From assembly GCA_039621445.1 (NCBI GenBank), contig CP154954.1, positions 32,378,420 through 32,398,419 of the forward strand: DNA of 20,000 nucleotides, in the 5' to 3' direction. The DNA comes from Euglena gracilis. Lineage: Eukaryota. Positions 17,591 through 20,000 of the stretch are shown piece after piece (the first letter of the stretch is position 1; each line of letters opens with the position of its first letter). The notes below the pieces were generated by a model. The model saw nothing but the letters and a program-made list of their open reading frames with translations, ran no database searches and was not told the DNA's origin. Both the position numbers and the translations under genes were made by a program.

Positions 17591-19927
17591 GGAAGAACCC
17601 GAACCTCGTGATGAGGTCGAGCCTCGCGGACTCTGAATACGCTTTCGCGCTTCAGGATTAGGACATTCCCGAGACATATGTCCCGATTTGTTGCACAAAA
17701 AGCACACTTTATCCGTGGCGTGGTCCGAAGAACGCGGGTATCGCGTTTTCGATCCCCTGGTGGGTGAAGTGGGTGAAACCGGTGATTTTTGCAATGCGTT
17801 TACCGAACCAGCCAGTAATCCAGCGGTTGGGTGTGCGGTATACGCGGATTGAATCTGACCAAGAAGCTGTGATAGCTTCAATTGCTTGGAAACGTAGTTC
17901 CAGCGTTGGTCAAGAGTCATTGCATTACCCGCCAACTCCTCACGGTGGATATCCTTGATGAGGCTAGGCGTGAAATGCATGAGAACAGCGTCAAACTGTT
18001 CGCGCATTTGCTTTTCACTGAGTTCATCCACTTCAGCGGCAAGTCCCAACCATTTGGCATACCAAAGGTCAATGGACTTCCATTTGCGATCGGGTGGGGC
18101 GCATTGCCGCCACTTGGTCTCCAGGGTAATCCTAGCGACCAAACTTGAACTGGTGGAAGCGTATTGCTCCACCAGGTCATCAAAGGAAACGCGGTAGCGA
18201 ATGACGAGTTGTCGCGCGCGCTCCTTCTCATCCCTAGGGAGGCAATCGATGAATTCCATCTTGATCACCTCCGGGTTTGTGTCCTGGGTTGGCCCTTTCA
18301 ATGCCCAGTAGTACTCCCAGTCCCGGAAAAACTGTCTCCATGTGGTTGGATCACCATTCCACTGGGGTTTCACCTTATTCGCGATTGCGATGGTACCCTT
18401 GAAGTCTTTCTGAAAAACCCGTTGGCCCTCGGTGGTATTCCGTGGATTCGGGCCCGGGTACGCTCGAGCACCAAGCGTATCCTTTCCGGATTCTTGTCGG
18501 AATCGCGAAATTTCTGGTGAAGGTGAATCCTGGTACCGGAAATCCGGTCGCAAACCCTGTTGGTCACCCGTAATAGGGAGACTCTCCGGTGTGGGGGTAT
18601 GTCGCGCATGCAACATGTGACCCACTCCCGGTGTACGGGTTTGGCTCATTCCACGCACAAGCATGGAATGATGGATTTCTTGGTGGAGACTTGGCGGAAT
18701 CGCCGTGTTTTCCGCGAATTCGGTTCCCGTAATGGGAGATTCATCCGAAAACTGGGTTTGGGTTGTGGACAAGGCCAATGGTGGCACAATTCGCGGAATC
18801 GCGGATTGTGACACTCGGGACACGGGTGGTGGTGGTGCATGTGCACCCAGAGCCGGGTTATGAAAACGCGACTCTGGAACATTTGGCGCATCTTCGGCAA
18901 TGCATACTGCCGAATTGCGGTGTGAAACCCGCTGTTGGTTGGACACATTATCCAAACCCACAGACAAGTCATGCACACTTTGCTCCAAATGCTCAACGAG
19001 TTGGAGTTGGCCGCAAATACGGTCAACTTCATCCTCCAAAGCGCGAATACGCTTACGGTAACGGGAAAAGTCATCCAAGTGCGGAATCCTTTCGGAAATT
19101 CCGGTAACATCTTGGACAAGTTTCCCGTGAGACTTATCCAATAATTGGAGTTGTCCCATTAATGCTTTTACAGCATTTGAGAGAATCTGCAAAGGTGATG
19201 TCACCTTGGTTGGTGTGGTGGTGGGTGCAACCGGTGCAGGGTTATCCGACAACACGGTTGTGGTACCCATGGGCAAATTTCCAGGTTGTGGGTTATCCAA
19301 CAACGCGGAAATTTGCTCATCCAACCTGGTAATCTCACTTTGCGTGGATCGGGCATTCCGATTCACCGATTCCTCAAGCCGTAATAGGCTGTTGCAGAAA
19401 TCTTGCAAGGTTTCCTGATTGTTAGTGAGCATTTTGTCATAAAATGCCTTGAATTCAGGGTTCTCGGTCATCCGAGAACTGGAACCTGCAGGTAGAGACT
19501 GCATTTCCGTTACTTTGGTAGACACCGATGCATACCGGGTCTGGAGTTCCCCAATAGCAGTCTGAATGCCGCTAATGTCCGGAACTCGGTGGGAAAGTGC
19601 GGAACAGCTTTGTTGCAAACCCGCAATGGCCGAGTTAATCCCGCCAATGTCGGATTGCAACTGCAACTGCAGGGAATCCTGCCGTTGTGCCATTTCCGCG
19701 ACTTTCGCGCTCAGATTGGATAATCCAACCTGATTCGCGTCACAATAGCAGGTTTTCTGCTCCAAACGGGAAAGTCGCTCCTCCAACTGCCGCACATACG
19801 TGTGGGGAGAAAAATTCTCGTTGGCTTGTGACTGGAATTGCCGAAACTTTTCCGTTTCATCGCACAACTGCATAATGCGGTGTTGCGATTCATGGAAAGT
19901 TGCGGACAATGTGGTGAAATGGTCCAT
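17534..19927 (-). CDS. gag: Gag polyprotein (coiled-coil N-terminus, capsid-like domain, CCHC zinc knuckle)
   Basis: First ATG at 19927, with an in-frame TAA at 19988-19990 upstream. Heptad-rich N-terminus; capsid-like KPQWNGDPTTWRQFFRDWEYY...FIDCLP; CFLCNKSGHMSREC (CX2CX4HX4C) at 17663-17704. Confidence 0.9.
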   Translation of the reverse strand: MDHFTTLSATFHESQHRIMQLCDETEKFRQFQSQANENFSPHTYVRQLEERLSRLEQKTCYCDANQVGLSNLSAKVAEMAQRQDSLQLQLQSDIGGINSAIAGLQQSCSALSHRVPDISGIQTAIGELQTRYASVSTKVTEMQSLPAGSSSRMTENPEFKAFYDKMLTNNQETLQDFCNSLLRLEESVNRNARSTQSEITRLDEQISALLDNPQPGNLPMGTTTVLSDNPAPVAPTTTPTKVTSPLQILSNAVKALMGQLQLLDKSHGKLVQDVTGISERIPHLDDFSRYRKRIRALEDEVDRICGQLQLVEHLEQSVHDLSVGLDNVSNQQRVSHRNSAVCIAEDAPNVPESRFHNPALGAHAPPPPVSRVSQSAIPRIVPPLALSTTQTQFSDESPITGTEFAENTAIPPSLHQEIHHSMLVRGMSQTRTPGVGHMLHARHTPTPESLPITGDQQGLRPDFRYQDSPSPEISRFRQESGKDTLGARAYPGPNPRNTTEGQRVFQKDFKGTIAIANKVKPQWNGDPTTWRQFFRDWEYYWALKGPTQDTNPEVIKMEFIDCLPRDEKERARQLVIRYRVSFDDLVEQYASTSSSLVARITLETKWRQCAPPDRKWKSIDLWYAKWLGLAAEVDELSEKQMREQFDAVLMHFTPSLIKDIHREELAGNAMTLDQRWNYVSKQLKLSQLLGQIQSAYTAHPTAGLLAGSVNALQKSPVSPTSPTRGSKTRYPRSSDHATDKVCFLCNKSGHMSRECPNPEARKRIQSPRGSTSSRGSGSSAITPIGQFTVIASPFRWY

Positions 19928-20000
19928 AGACACAAATCCCCCACTGCTGGATGTTGCAGACGAGGAATCTCGTGCATGCAACTGTTGTTACAAATGCAAC

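Larger units (their letters stand above)
10052..20000 (-). mobile_element. Ty3/Gypsy-type LTR retrotransposon, 5' end outside the window, lacking RNase H and integrase, carrying an MTase-like domain and a large extra ORF
   Basis: Colinear gag (CCHC), protease (DTG...ILG), Gypsy-type RT (LDYRYLN, YIDD), PPT and TG...CA LTR, all on the minus strand. Confidence 0.92.

Noticed and set aside
10052-20000. Classifying the element as DIRS because of the MT domain
   Set aside because: It has an aspartic protease, Gypsy-type RT motifs, a PPT and a TG...CA LTR, none of which fit DIRS elements.

Overview
Eukaryotic nuclear DNA, most likely from a euglenid (inferred from the OSCP C-terminal extension and the long, repeat-filled GT-AG introns). 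The left half (1-10050) holds the last three coding exons of a mitochondrial ATP synthase OSCP gene on + (1119-1217, 2730-2831, 4266-4415). They lie among homopolymer-rich repeats, two MITE-like elements, several hairpins, a minisatellite and a possible decayed retroelement. The right half (10052-20000) is the 3' ~10 kb of an unusual Ty3/Gypsy-type LTR retrotransposon on the minus strand, with its 5' LTR outside the window. Its order is: long Gag with CCHC knuckle(s); a UAG followed by a strong hairpin (candidate stop-codon read-through); aspartic protease; a Dam/DIRS-type amino-methyltransferase-like domain; reverse transcriptase; no RNase H or integrase; a very large orphan ORF (~1250 aa if one frameshift is repaired) with a RING-like Cys cluster; PPT; and a 289-bp TG...CA LTR. 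All family assignments come from motif recognition by eye; no database searches were run.
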